Assembly: GCA_050633245.1 (NCBI GenBank)
Contig: JBOEGD010000009.1
Span: 224,001 to 288,000 of the forward strand
Direction: 5' to 3'
Source of the DNA: Calditrichia bacterium
GTDB taxonomy: Bacteria; Calditrichota; Calditrichia; RBG-13-44-9; J075
DNA length: 64,000 nucleotides
The first letter of the stretch is position 1; every line of letters starts with the position of its first letter. The position numbers and the translations under genes are program-made. Below are positions 41,102-51,664 of this stretch, in pieces. The notes beneath the pieces are model-generated. The model had not been told where the DNA came from, made no database searches, and worked only from the letters and a program-made list of their open reading frames with translations.

Positions 41102-42158
41102 ACGGCATCGCCTGATTTCTGAGTTGGTTTGCGTAAAGAAACGCTTCAAGTTTTGCGACCGACTGTGCCCACGAAAACTTTTCGCTTTTCAACAGGCCAG
41201 CAGTGACAAAATTTTCCATTAATACCGGATGGCTAAGCAGGGTCTCAACTTTTGTAACAAGCCCATCAACATCTTTTGGCGGTACGATAAAGCCATCAAC
41301 CTCGTCGCTGACGATATCCAATACGCCCCTGCTATTGGTCGTGACTATCGCGCAGCCCAGACTCATGGCCTCTAATACCGGAAGACAAAATCCTTCTTCA
41401 GTACTGGTATTCATCCACACCTTTGTAGAAAGGTAAATATCGCGAATGTGCTGCTGACTCGGGCGTTCAAAAAAATCCGTGTTCGGAGGAAGAGGTTTTG
41501 CCGGATATTCTGAGCCGAACAGCACAGCTCTCAGTTCAGGATTCGATTCCTGTAGCCGACGAATAACGTCAAGGCCGTCACTGGCGCGCTTTAGCGGCAC
41601 CGGAGAATGGGTCATTCCGATATCGTAATGACGTTCGAGCCCCTCCCCCAGCGCTTCAGAAAGAGCAAAATCTCTGCCGTTAGGAATAACAGGAATATTG
41701 TTATCATCGCACTTCGACTCTACAACTTCCTTCAACCAGTTTGAAATCACGATCTTTTTCATCGGAAAGCGAAATGTCGCATCTATAGCTTCCGCATCAC
41801 CATTCCAGGTTTCATACCCTTGAATCAGATAAAACCTAGCCGCAAAATCTTCCGGAAGTTCATTTGCCACAACCGCAGTCGACCAGCCAGTTGCAATTAA
41901 GCAATCGCATTCCGGAATGTTTTCCGGGGATAATGTCGGCACGGCAACGAGGCGGCCGCGAAAGCAATCCAGATGGTCTTTCTCATCAAAGAACTGGCGT
42001 CGCACATTGCGACGCAATCTTGTTTTCCAATGTGCCTGATGATGTGGGTAAATTACAGACACGCGATGTCCGCGACGCAAGAGCGCGTTTCCATATGCCG
42101 CTACTACCCGCAGTCCACCAGACAGCCCTTTATAGGGTGCGAGAAAATTGATAACCAT
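41082..42158 (-). CDS. Glycosyltransferase family 4
   Basis: SGGLRVV, IATGW.TA, YLIQGYE, EGFCLPVLEAM. Confidence 0.88.
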   Translation of the reverse strand: MVINFLAPYKGLSGGLRVVAAYGNALLRRGHRVSVIYPHHQAHWKTRLRRNVRRQFFDEKDHLDCFRGRLVAVPTLSPENIPECDCLIATGWSTAVVANELPEDFAARFYLIQGYETWNGDAEAIDATFRFPMKKIVISNWLKEVVESKCDDNNIPVIPNGRDFALSEALGEGLERHYDIGMTHSPVPLKRASDGLDVIRRLQESNPELRAVLFGSEYPAKPLPPNTDFFERPSQQHIRDIYLSTKVWMNTSTEEGFCLPVLEAMSLGCAIVTTNSRGVLDIVSDEVDGFIVPPKDVDGLVTKVETLLSHPVLMENFVTAGLLKSEKFSWAQSVAKLEAFLYANQLRNQAMPYETETS

Positions 42159-43521
42159 AACCAACTCCGGGTGTTCTTACGACCGTTATTGTTTCTTCAA
42201 AGAGGGATCGTACAGACACCCCTGATATTATTATCGCCTCGGTCATGGCTGCCTTGAAATAAAAAAAAGTTAGCGTCTGGGTACCGGCATATACGGTGGC
42301 CTGAGTAAAGATACCTCCGATCCATGCTGCAAGCAGGCACCAGGCCAGCTGAGCCTCCAGGTCTTCTGGTGGTCGCTTAAGTGCAAACAGCAATAGCCGG
42401 ATAATCACCCAAATCATGGTTAGTAAGTACAGATAAAGCGTCATCATGCCGGCCGTGAGAGCAATAAAGAGGTATTCGTTGTCAATTGAGGCCTGGCCGT
42501 TTACCACCGGGAACGTGAACCTTCCCCAGCCAAACCAGTAGCGCTGCGCTACAACCTCAATGTAGTTGTCGAGCATTTCTTTGCGATAAGCCGCGTTCTC
42601 CTGGTCTTCATTTTTCGCCTCTGATCTCTTAATGGAAACGTATTCGACAAACTTGGGCACCACAACAACAAGTCCGGCTAAGAAACCTGCGAGTAAAATG
42701 CTCCCGACCAGAGCACGCTTTTTTGTCCAGCCAAATCCAATCAAGGCCATGGTGATCCCCAGCCCCATCATCGGAGCGCGAGAACCGGCAGTAATCACCC
42801 CGATAACGCAAAGGCCAAAGACAATTTTTGCAAATAACGGTTTGTTCGAAAGCGCCCATCCCTTGAAGAATGGGAAATTATTGCGCCAATACCAAAATGC
42901 CAGCGGCACCTGAATCGCATAGAAATAACCAGCACAGATAGGATGAGCAAAAGGCCCGGCAGCGCGCTTGAATCCATAGCGCGCCATAGTTCCGCCCCAG
43001 GGAACATTTCCCGGCCATACGTTTCGCAGATGCGTATCGAGATGATTGGTGTATAGTTTCCACTCAAAGAGCATAAAAAAGGTGATAATCGCCGAGAGCG
43101 TTATCGAAACCCGCAAGAGTTCCAATCGTCGCGCAGGACTCATAAAAATGCCCTTCATCATCAGATAGGGCAAAAAGCGTTTCAGGGCATCCACAAAAAG
43201 AATTTTTTGCGCATCTTTATATCCGGTAGCCTGAAACTGCGCCCAGAAGAAGCTGAGCAGCGTGCCGAAAATTATCAGGTCTAAATATGAGAATTTGTAA
43301 CCATCCATTTTTTCTACCAGTACCCACCAGGCAAAAATGGGTATAAAGGCAGAACTCCAGAATGACAATTCAGGAATACCGCTTATCAGCTTTGTTTCGT
43401 AATAGCTTGGAATGAACATAAAGATGGGTAAAAAATAGTAAATGAAAAGTTTCCTGGCATCATTCTGCTGAGTCAATAGGAAAATAGCGCCTATCATCGG
43501 TAGAACAGCGATCTTATCCAT
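42130..43521 (-). CDS. Polysaccharide polymerase / O-antigen-ligase family (Wzy-like)
   Basis: About 12 TM helices; RA.GPF.HPI, GSR, periplasmic loop ending GWG...IDNEY. Confidence 0.75.
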   Translation of the reverse strand: MDKIAVLPMIGAIFLLTQQNDARKLFIYYFLPIFMFIPSYYETKLISGIPELSFWSSAFIPIFAWWVLVEKMDGYKFSYLDLIIFGTLLSFFWAQFQATGYKDAQKILFVDALKRFLPYLMMKGIFMSPARRLELLRVSITLSAIITFFMLFEWKLYTNHLDTHLRNVWPGNVPWGGTMARYGFKRAAGPFAHPICAGYFYAIQVPLAFWYWRNNFPFFKGWALSNKPLFAKIVFGLCVIGVITAGSRAPMMGLGITMALIGFGWTKKRALVGSILLAGFLAGLVVVVPKFVEYVSIKRSEAKNEDQENAAYRKEMLDNYIEVVAQRYWFGWGRFTFPVVNGQASIDNEYLFIALTAGMMTLYLYLLTMIWVIIRLLLFALKRPPEDLEAQLAWCLLAAWIGGIFTQATVYAGTQTLTFFYFKAAMTEAIIISGVSVRSLFEETITVVRTPGVGYGYQFSRTL

Positions 43522-45757
43522 CACTATCTCCCCTGTTGCGAAAGACTTTGGAGTCCTTCACCAAACGGGCATCCGAACTATTCCGCTTTCTGTAATGGCG
43601 CCATATGTTGATACTTTGACGGAGTTTTTCTAATCCTCTCGGAGGCAAGCTTTTACCATAAAATTCCAGCATTAAACTATGATAGTAGCCGCGTTCCAGA
43701 ACACGTACTTTATTAACAACCATAGAAAGGGCACGAACTTTCAGGCGTTCCAACAGGTTTACAGCTCGAAAAATTTCCGGCCATTGAGTTTTATTTGCCT
43801 CTACTATAACCACAACGACATCCCCCATCATGGCCAACTTATTTGCCTGCGAGCTTAGTAAAAGCGGTGGACAGTCCAAAAAGATATAATCAAACTCTTC
43901 CCTGAGCTCCAAAATAAGATTCTTAAAGTTTTGAAAATTAATGACCTGCGAATTATCTTCAGTGTGCGTTCCAAGCGGTAAAATGCCCATTGGAAAACCC
44001 AGATCATAGTGTACGTATTCTCGAAAACCGCCAGGATTCGCCATCCAATCACTAATTCCCGGTTCACCTTTCAGCTCTATCAGCTTCTCAGATAGCGGAA
44101 CACGGTCATTCATATCGATATATAGTTTTCGCTCCGGAGCTGCATCCAGGCTGGCAAGCACGTTCAGTGCAATCGTGGAGGTTCCCTCCGCCTGCTTAAC
44201 GGCCATCAAACTAAATACGGTAGAATTGTGGTCCTGCTTGTCTTTGGCAAAATGGACAGACAACTTGTGGATGAGCTCATAGAGGTAGGATTTATGATGA
44301 GTACCAAAAACCCGATACATATCCTTCGCAGGTATGTTATCATCGTCACAGTGCAGCACGAAACCGGTGGCGGGAAAACCGAATGCTTTTTGAATATCCG
44401 AAGGACGCTTTAATGTCTTATCCATAAAGGTTCGTGCAAGAGCAATACTCACTCCGAAAAACAGCCAAACGATGAAGCCAAAGCCGAATTTCTTAACCGG
44501 ACTAACCGGATCCGGTCCGGCAGGTGGAAGCGCCCAGGACTGTACAAAAATCCGTCCCGGGTTATTCGATTCAATCGTTATTTGTTCAATGCGTTCACTT
44601 AAACGTGTTATCACATCTTCGATGCGTTCGATTTCGTTTCTCTTGGTTGCGGCTCGTAACACCGCTGCATTAAACTCCAGAATTTCTTGTTCCTTTTTCG
44701 CCAGCTCACGCTTCACACCGGCTTGATCCTCCTTAGCTGCATGAAATTCTGTCCGAAATGTTTCTATTTCAATTGATAACTCACTAACCATTTTGCGGGC
44801 AATCAGATCCAGCTTTGTCTGCTGAATATGGTTAAGCAGGCTATCCATAATCGCGTATTCCCGTGAGCCAACCTCCAGACCAATCATGCGAGTGCGCAAT
44901 TCATCCTCCTGCTTCTGCAGGAGCTCGGATCCTTCGAGTCCGCTAATATCCAGGTCAAGCAATCGCATGCGTTGTTCCTGAAGTGCTTTAAAACGATTTT
45001 CCGAGCGAATTCGGTTAAGAACCACATCATTATAAGCGCCCTTTAGCGAGGCTAAAGACTGAAGGTAGACTCCGTAGTTTTGTGGATCGACAATCGCTGC
45101 GCCATATTTTGCAGAGACCATTTCGAGCTCTAAATAACTCTCTTCAAGAAGTTGCTCGTAGCGATCTTCTTCTTTTTTGAGGTACTCCAACTTTTTGAAA
45201 TCTTCATCAACACGCACGCGGTTTCGAAAAGCGATATACGTTTCAATGATAATATTGATAAGCCGGGCCACGCCTTCACGATCATCAGAGATCAAACTAA
45301 AATTGAGGATTTGAGTATCTCTGGCCTGGTTTAAGATCAATACGCTTTTCAAGCGATCCATAGAGGTTTTAAACGCCTCATTTGAACGCTGCCAGCGAAA
45401 GCCTTCGTTTTCGTACTTGCGAATCGCCTCCTCCATAATAGGATAACTTTTGATAACGGTATTCTGAGTTTTCATCCAGGCACTAAACGAATCTAACATA
45501 CGAGCTCGTTCACTGGGATAAAGAAGCTGAGGCAATTGCGCCTCGAAGAGAATTGTTCCTTCAGAGCTGTACATCGGCTTTGATTTTCGGCCGGCAAGCA
45601 ATATGCCGGAAATCACGCCAAGCAAAACAGCGAGCAGCAGTAACCATCGATGATTATATAAACCACCGAGTATATCGACCGGGGTCGATGTTTTCCTTTT
45701 TTCCTGCGAATTGTCTTCCACTGACGAGAATTCCATTTTCGATAAAACCGGTTCCAT
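43514..45757 (-). CDS. Polysaccharide co-polymerase (Wzc/GumC-like) with degenerate kinase domain
   Basis: Two TMs flanking a long coiled coil; EGTST in place of EGKST, YIDMN, FLDCPP. Confidence 0.85.
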   Translation of the reverse strand: MEPVLSKMEFSSVEDNSQEKRKTSTPVDILGGLYNHRWLLLLAVLLGVISGILLAGRKSKPMYSSEGTILFEAQLPQLLYPSERARMLDSFSAWMKTQNTVIKSYPIMEEAIRKYENEGFRWQRSNEAFKTSMDRLKSVLILNQARDTQILNFSLISDDREGVARLINIIIETYIAFRNRVRVDEDFKKLEYLKKEEDRYEQLLEESYLELEMVSAKYGAAIVDPQNYGVYLQSLASLKGAYNDVVLNRIRSENRFKALQEQRMRLLDLDISGLEGSELLQKQEDELRTRMIGLEVGSREYAIMDSLLNHIQQTKLDLIARKMVSELSIEIETFRTEFHAAKEDQAGVKRELAKKEQEILEFNAAVLRAATKRNEIERIEDVITRLSERIEQITIESNNPGRIFVQSWALPPAGPDPVSPVKKFGFGFIVWLFFGVSIALARTFMDKTLKRPSDIQKAFGFPATGFVLHCDDDNIPAKDMYRVFGTHHKSYLYELIHKLSVHFAKDKQDHNSTVFSLMAVKQAEGTSTIALNVLASLDAAPERKLYIDMNDRVPLSEKLIELKGEPGISDWMANPGGFREYVHYDLGFPMGILPLGTHTEDNSQVINFQNFKNLILELREEFDYIFLDCPPLLLSSQANKLAMMGDVVVVIVEANKTQWPEIFRAVNLLERLKVRALSMVVNKVRVLERGYYHSLMLEFYGKSLPPRGLEKLRQSINIWRHYRKRNSSDARLVKDSKVFRNRGDSDG

Positions 45758-45786
45758 CCTGTGAACCTGTTCAGCAGTACTTCAGG

Positions 45787-46509
45787 TCAATTATCTGATT
45801 TTGCAAGAGAATTGACCAGCAGCGTAGCCAAGATAACCGCGTTCATCAACGGGGTTATTTTATTTAGCGAACCGAGCAGTATGGAACTGCGCGATCGAGG
45901 TACATAAATAACATCCTGTCGGCGTATAATATAATTTTGTTCAAAATTGGCGTTCGAGGTGATCTCTTTTAGGTTCACTGAATAAACGCCGCCTGGCAAA
46001 TCACGATTACGAGACAAACGAATGCGGGAAACAGCTGCATCGTCAGTAAATCCACCCGCTAAACCAATGGCAGTCATTAATGAAACCTGATTCCGTATCG
46101 GATAGGTGCCGGGATTTCTAACCTCGCCCAAAACGACAAACATTTCATTCTTCTGATACTCGCGGATTTTTAACAACAGGCTAACGGGACTGTATATTTC
46201 ACTTAGTGCTTCTTTAAGCGCTTTTTCAGCTTCAAGACGGTTTAAATCCGCAATCTTAACATTTCCCGCGATCGGCAAACCGATTGTCCCATCAGGACTA
46301 ATGATATAGTCGCCTGACAGCTCCTGCCGTTGATAGACGATCAATGCTACAACGTCTCCCGCTCCGAGCAAATATTCATCTGAATAGATGCCGGTATCCG
46401 CCTGGTGAATTGCAGGAAGCGTACTGCCGCAACCGCACAACATAAAAGCCATGCTCACATATACAAGCAGATACGCTTTTGTTAGCCATTGAATACGCCC
46501 TGACGTCAT
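45787..46509 (-). CDS. Polysaccharide export lipoprotein (Wza/OPX, SLBB)
   Basis: Lipobox LCGC; YLLGAGD, PDGTI.LP..G, VLGEV..PG.Y, AGGF, DVIYVP. Confidence 0.88.
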   Translation of the reverse strand: MTSGRIQWLTKAYLLVYVSMAFMLCGCGSTLPAIHQADTGIYSDEYLLGAGDVVALIVYQRQELSGDYIISPDGTIGLPIAGNVKIADLNRLEAEKALKEALSEIYSPVSLLLKIREYQKNEMFVVLGEVRNPGTYPIRNQVSLMTAIGLAGGFTDDAAVSRIRLSRNRDLPGGVYSVNLKEITSNANFEQNYIIRRQDVIYVPRSRSSILLGSLNKITPLMNAVILATLLVNSLAKSDN

Positions 46510-46620
46510 CAACAATCCTTTCAATTTATCGCACTAAGCCTTATACACGATAGTGCTGTAATCTTTCATTATTTTTCACCGACTAGGCTTACTTTGCACT
46601 ATTTAGGATATATGCAACAA

Positions 46621-47013
46621 TTACAAAACGCTTGTTTCACCCTTTTTATGTGACGATTCAACACCTTCTTTTTGTACTGCTTTCATCTTCTTTATCCCTT
46701 GCTCACGATTACTGAGAATATCGAACAGCAGGTGGTAACGCGTCAATTCAAGCACACTCTGAACGGCGTCATTTAGTCCAAAAACCTTTATCTCTCCACC
46801 TTTGGAGTTCACTAACTTAAGCAAGCTCACCATGGCCCCCAGACCAGAACTGTCTATTAATTCGATCGCATTAAAATCAATCAAAATAAAGTGATTACCT
46901 TCGTGGATAAGCTCGATAAGCTTCTTCTTAAACGACGGGACCACCAGGGCATCCAGCCGGCCTTCACATTCAATGACTAACACATCCTCAGTCACATGTG
47001 TATTTACAATCAT
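46621..47013 (-). CDS. STAS-domain anti-sigma-factor antagonist (RsbV/SypA-like), first gene of the EPS operon
   Basis: GRLDA, IDF..IELIDSSGLG, LTR; AAGGAG RBS. Confidence 0.9.
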   Translation of the reverse strand: MIVNTHVTEDVLVIECEGRLDALVVPSFKKKLIELIHEGNHFILIDFNAIELIDSSGLGAMVSLLKLVNSKGGEIKVFGLNDAVQSVLELTRYHLLFDILSNREQGIKKMKAVQKEGVESSHKKGETSVL

Positions 47014-47315
47014 GACAGGCTCCTTAGCTCTGAGTTTGCTATTGTCGTTGTGATTAAAATCGGAGGAAAATGCTGAAAAATTAGAAAATATTTGTTAACG
47101 AGAGGATGGAATCATTGGTAGTTGCGCTGGTCGGATGATAATTATGCCAGACATACTCAATAGAGCATCCCGGGATATCGCGATCAAGCGATTGGTCTAT
47201 GATGTGCCTATTTTCAGGCAACGTAGGTTTCTGCAGACAAAAAGATTATAGAATATATTGCATCCCACCATTGCAAAATGCGCAGGCAGGATACAATTAG
47301 CTCACATGAAGTGGC

Positions 47316-49781
47316 TTATTTAACTGCTTTTACGTCCCAGATATCTTTGGCGTATTCCTCAATGGTGCGATCACTGGAGAACTTACCAATGCGTGCGACA
47401 TTCAGAATTGCCTTTCGCGCCCAAACTGAGCGATCCTGAAACTCAATGGACACGCTTTCCTGAGCAGCGATATAGCTTTCAAAATCAGCCAGGTGAAAAT
47501 AGGAATCATTCGGGCTGAGAAGTTTATCAGTTATCCAGTCAAATAAACCGGGTTCATCCGAACAAAACAATCCGCTTCGGAATGAATCGACGACTCGCCG
47601 CACCTTATTCGAGCGATCGTAGATCTCACGCGGACTATAACTCTGAGCTTTTTCCAGATCAATAATTTCATGTGCTTTAAGACCAAAGATGAAGATATTG
47701 TCTTCACCTACTTCTTCACGAATCTCGACATTTGCTCCATCCAGCGTTCCGATAGTTAACGCGCCATTTAAAGCGAACTTCATATTTCCGGTTCCAGATG
47801 CTTCCATTCCGGCGGTAGAAATTTGCTCACTAACATCTGCAGCAGGAAAAAGATGTTCCGCCAACGATACGCGGTAATCTGGCAGAAAGACGACTTTCAG
47901 CTGTTCTCCTACACGTTGATCGCTGTTGATTAAACGGCCAACATTATTAATCAACTTTATAATCTGCTTTGCCGCCCAATATCCGGGTGCAGCTTTTCCG
48001 GCAAAGATATAAGTTCGCGGTGTAGTAAGAGACTGTCCATCTTCAACAATGCAGAAGTACTGATGAATAATGTGCATCACGTTTAGCAGCTGACGTTTGT
48101 ATTCGTGTATACGCTTTATTTGAATGTCAAATAAAGAATTGGGGTTCACAGTTATTCGATTCGTCTCACGGATAATCTTCGCAAGGCGCTGTTTATTCGC
48201 AAACTTTATATCCATGAAATCGCGCTGGAAGGTTTCGTATTCAGCGAACGGCTCAAGTCCCTTTATCTTGTCCAGATTGGTAATCCACTCAGGGCCAATG
48301 GTATCGCTAATCAGGGCCGATAAGCCGGGATTGGAGCGCAGAAGCCAGCGACGCTGAGTTACGCCATTGGTTTTATTGTTGAACTTCTCCGGCCACATTT
48401 GATAAAAATCCGGCACCAAATTCGTTGTTACCAACTTTGAGTGAAGTGCGGCAACGCCATTAACCGAATGGCTGCCAACAATGGATAGATATGCCATGCG
48501 CACCTGGCGATTGTCACCCTCTTCTATGATAGACATTCGGGCAATCCGATCTTCATCATAGGGAAAAGTGGCACGAACCTCATCCAGAAAGCGGCGATTA
48601 ATTTCATAGATAATTTGCATGTGTCTTGGCACAACCCGTTCAACTAAATGAACGGACCACTTTTCTAACGCTTCAGGTAACAATGTATGATTGGTATAGC
48701 CAAATGTTTGGGTGGAAATAGCCCAGGCCTCTTCCCACTGCAAACTATGCTCATCGACAAGAATGCGCATAAGTTCAGCAACAGCAAGTGCCGGATGCGT
48801 ATCATTCAGCTGAATTGCAACGCTCTTATGTAAATTGGAGATATCGTCATTCTCGCGCAGATAGCGTCGAAGAATGTCTCGCAGTGAACACGCTACCAGG
48901 AAGTATTCCTGAATAAGCCGCAGCTCTTTCCCGGAATCGATAGCATCTGAAGGGTAGAGCACCTTCGATACCGTTTCGCTGATAATTTTCTGCTCTACCG
49001 CTTTAATATAGTCACCGCCATTAAAAATGGTCATATTGAAATCATCGGATGATCGCGCACTGTAGAGACGCAGATAGTTAACCGTATCTCCACCGAAACC
49101 GGCAATCGGCATATCATAAGGTATGCCAATCAGCAGTTCCCAACCCATCCACATTGGATTATAATTGCCATGGGTATCTTCTGAATGCTCTACGTGGCCA
49201 AAGACAGGAATTGCGCAAAGTTCATCCGGACGAGCGATTTCCCAGGGAGTGCCGCCCTGCATCCAATGATCCGGGTATTCTTTTTGATAGCCATTGTGAA
49301 TTTTCTGACGAAACAAACCATATTCGTAATTAATTCCATAACCGAAACCTGGAATATTTAGCGTGGCAAGTGAATCCAGAAAACAGGCAGCCAATCGACC
49401 GAGCCCACCATTCCCAAGTGCAGCATCGGATTCATTACTCGCCACTTCTTCCAGCTCTAATCCCAGGTCTTCCGAGGCTTCTTTAAAGAGATCGTAAAGC
49501 TCAAGATTTATCAAATTGTTTCCGAGTGCCCGACCCATTAGGAATTCCATGGAAAGATAGTAAACGCGTTTGCTATTGTTCCGTGAATAGCGATCTTCCG
49601 TTTCTTTCATGGCATCGATAAGATATTCTCGAACTGCCAGAGCCACGGCCTTGAATTTTTCTTTATCAGAAAGTTCTTCCCAACTTTTTCCCAACGAATA
49701 CTTTGCGTGATAGCGAATGGTAGAACGAATCTCATCAGCTTTTTTGCGTTTTCTTTTTGCGACCTGTCGCTTCATATTCAA
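47316..49781 (-). CDS. glgP: Glycogen/alpha-glucan phosphorylase
   Basis: YLSMEFLMGR, LGNGGLGRLAACF, QLNDTHP, KRIHEYKRQ, EASGTGNMKF (PLP Lys). Confidence 0.97.
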   Translation of the reverse strand: MNMKRQVAKRKRKKADEIRSTIRYHAKYSLGKSWEELSDKEKFKAVALAVREYLIDAMKETEDRYSRNNSKRVYYLSMEFLMGRALGNNLINLELYDLFKEASEDLGLELEEVASNESDAALGNGGLGRLAACFLDSLATLNIPGFGYGINYEYGLFRQKIHNGYQKEYPDHWMQGGTPWEIARPDELCAIPVFGHVEHSEDTHGNYNPMWMGWELLIGIPYDMPIAGFGGDTVNYLRLYSARSSDDFNMTIFNGGDYIKAVEQKIISETVSKVLYPSDAIDSGKELRLIQEYFLVACSLRDILRRYLRENDDISNLHKSVAIQLNDTHPALAVAELMRILVDEHSLQWEEAWAISTQTFGYTNHTLLPEALEKWSVHLVERVVPRHMQIIYEINRRFLDEVRATFPYDEDRIARMSIIEEGDNRQVRMAYLSIVGSHSVNGVAALHSKLVTTNLVPDFYQMWPEKFNNKTNGVTQRRWLLRSNPGLSALISDTIGPEWITNLDKIKGLEPFAEYETFQRDFMDIKFANKQRLAKIIRETNRITVNPNSLFDIQIKRIHEYKRQLLNVMHIIHQYFCIVEDGQSLTTPRTYIFAGKAAPGYWAAKQIIKLINNVGRLINSDQRVGEQLKVVFLPDYRVSLAEHLFPAADVSEQISTAGMEASGTGNMKFALNGALTIGTLDGANVEIREEVGEDNIFIFGLKAHEIIDLEKAQSYSPREIYDRSNKVRRVVDSFRSGLFCSDEPGLFDWITDKLLSPNDSYFHLADFESYIAAQESVSIEFQDRSVWARKAILNVARIGKFSSDRTIEEYAKDIWDVKAVK

Positions 49782-49792
49782 TATCCTTTTGG

Positions 49793-50488
49793 CTAGTGCA
49801 GCTCTCCATTGAAAGCTATGGTTAGCATGTCTTCAATTTTTCCGAAACGCCGTTCGTAATCCTGTTGACTCCGACGAATAACTTCATGCGCTTCATCGCG
49901 CCCATACACATGAGTAATTTCGCACTGGCTTTTTTCAGTGCCGGGAACATCTTTGTAGGTTAAGAAATAGTGTCGGAGACGGTCAATCACTTGTTTAGCG
50001 CAATCTTCAATATCTCGCCATTGACCATAAACTGCATCATCTTTCAAGACCGCAATTATCTTGTCATCCGCTTCTTCGCCATCGAGCATTCGCAGCCCGC
50101 CAATCGGAATGGCCTGAACCAGCAAATCTCCGTGTGAAACGTCCTTTTCAGTCAGGACGCAGATATCGAGTGGATCATCATCACCAACAATTCCGTCTCT
50201 TCCGGTTTTTTCCATCGAGAGTTCGGCAACCTTCTCGGCGCAATAGGTGCGCGGAAGAAGTCCATATAGCGCGGGGCAAGTGTTACTGTATTTCTGCGGT
50301 CTGTCTATCATCAAATGACCGGTAATCTTGTCAATCTCATATTTTACCGTATCGGTCGGAACGACCTCGATGTAGGCCGTAACCACATCCGGTGCATCTT
50401 TTCCCAACCGCACACCATGCCAGGGGTGGCTTTTAAAAAGGATCCCCATCAGCTCCCATACCGGATCACCCAGAATACCTTTATCCAT
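49793..50488 (-). CDS. ppa: Family I inorganic pyrophosphatase
   Basis: HPWHG, KYEIDK, DR, YG..PRT, DDDPLD, DDKII. Confidence 0.93.
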   Translation of the reverse strand: MDKGILGDPVWELMGILFKSHPWHGVRLGKDAPDVVTAYIEVVPTDTVKYEIDKITGHLMIDRPQKYSNTCPALYGLLPRTYCAEKVAELSMEKTGRDGIVGDDDPLDICVLTEKDVSHGDLLVQAIPIGGLRMLDGEEADDKIIAVLKDDAVYGQWRDIEDCAKQVIDRLRHYFLTYKDVPGTEKSQCEITHVYGRDEAHEVIRRSQQDYERRFGKIEDMLTIAFNGELH

Positions 50489-50679
50489 ATTGAAATCCCT
50501 TCGCCAACCCCGTTTTATTGCGGGCTGAAATTTCTATTCTCAACACTACTTCGCTTAAGACTTCCCTAAGTACTGCGTGCTAAAAGGCCTGCCATCCATT
50601 TTTTATGCATAGCCTCAGGGCAAAATAAGTTCGTATTTTGATTCCGTGATGGACTGATATTGATTTTAGCGAATTGCAC

Positions 50680-51150
50680 TTAAGCATGTTGAGCAGAACT
50701 TTTGCCAACTGCCGGTTTACGCCCTTCATGAAAAAAACGCACCAAACGAAGTGTATTTCTCCCGCGAATATGCCCATACGTTACCTCATCCATAACGTCA
50801 TGCATAATAAATAAACCCATCCCGCCTTCTGGAACCTGATCAAGATCTTCAACATCGTAATCCAGATTGGGTACGTCACGCATTTCCATTACACTTCCAG
50901 TATCACAAATATCAAACGTAATATGACTGATACCAATGTGCACCTCAACCTCAACAGTATTTCCGGAGGCACTACCATAGGCATGTTTAATTGCGTTATT
51001 ACAGGCTTCAACGACACACAATTCAGCCTGGTACGCCTCAACCTCGGATAATGGCGTTAATGAACACATACGATTGATGGCTGTTCCAACAAGCGGAACG
51101 TTCTCAAGATTGCTGTTAATAGACAATACAATATGTCTTAATGATGCCAT
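50680..51150 (-). CDS. RsbW/SpoIIAB-like anti-sigma serine kinase (HATPase_c_2)
   Basis: EACNNAIKHA N-box, ICDTG, EGGMGL, MDEV.Y, N.L. Confidence 0.9.
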   Translation of the reverse strand: MASLRHIVLSINSNLENVPLVGTAINRMCSLTPLSEVEAYQAELCVVEACNNAIKHAYGSASGNTVEVEVHIGISHITFDICDTGSVMEMRDVPNLDYDVEDLDQVPEGGMGLFIMHDVMDEVTYGHIRGRNTLRLVRFFHEGRKPAVGKSSAQHA

Positions 51151-51260
51151 GCCAACTCCCTTCCAACTATTGTAATAAAGCCAGTGGCTGCATAAGAATG
51201 AACGCTTCCGGAAGGCAAATCGACCTTTCGGATGGCAATGTTAAAATAATTTGGGGGTAA

Positions 51261-51599
51261 TTAGTTAGACAACGCGTCTACAGCACCATCCATGTCAGGA
51301 AACATGCGAAATACCTTATCCATACGCGTTAGTTTGAAAAGGTTTTTTACAGAATCCTGCGTTCCACAAATGGCCATGTCACCTTTGCGACCAAGCATCT
51401 TCAAGCTGGAAACGATAGCACCAAGACCACTACTATCGATAAAGTTCACCTGATTCAGTGCAATAACAATCGAGTGATTTCCCTTATCAATAAGTTTATT
51501 CATCTGATCTTTAAACTGAACGGCAACCTTGGCATCAAGGCGTTGATCGAGAACTTCTACGACCAGCACATCGCCAATTTTTTTTTCTTCAAGTAACAT
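51261..51599 (-). CDS. STAS-domain anti-sigma-factor antagonist (RsbV-like)
   Basis: RLDA, VNFIDSSGLG, FKLTRMDKVF; AAGGAG RBS before MLLEEK. Confidence 0.92.
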   Translation of the reverse strand: MLLEEKKIGDVLVVEVLDQRLDAKVAVQFKDQMNKLIDKGNHSIVIALNQVNFIDSSGLGAIVSSLKMLGRKGDMAICGTQDSVKNLFKLTRMDKVFRMFPDMDGAVDALSN

Positions 51600-51664
51600 A
51601 TTTTTCTCCTTAAGTTCTATACTCTTTATGTTTCTGGCCGCAACAATACGACGCTTTATATCGA

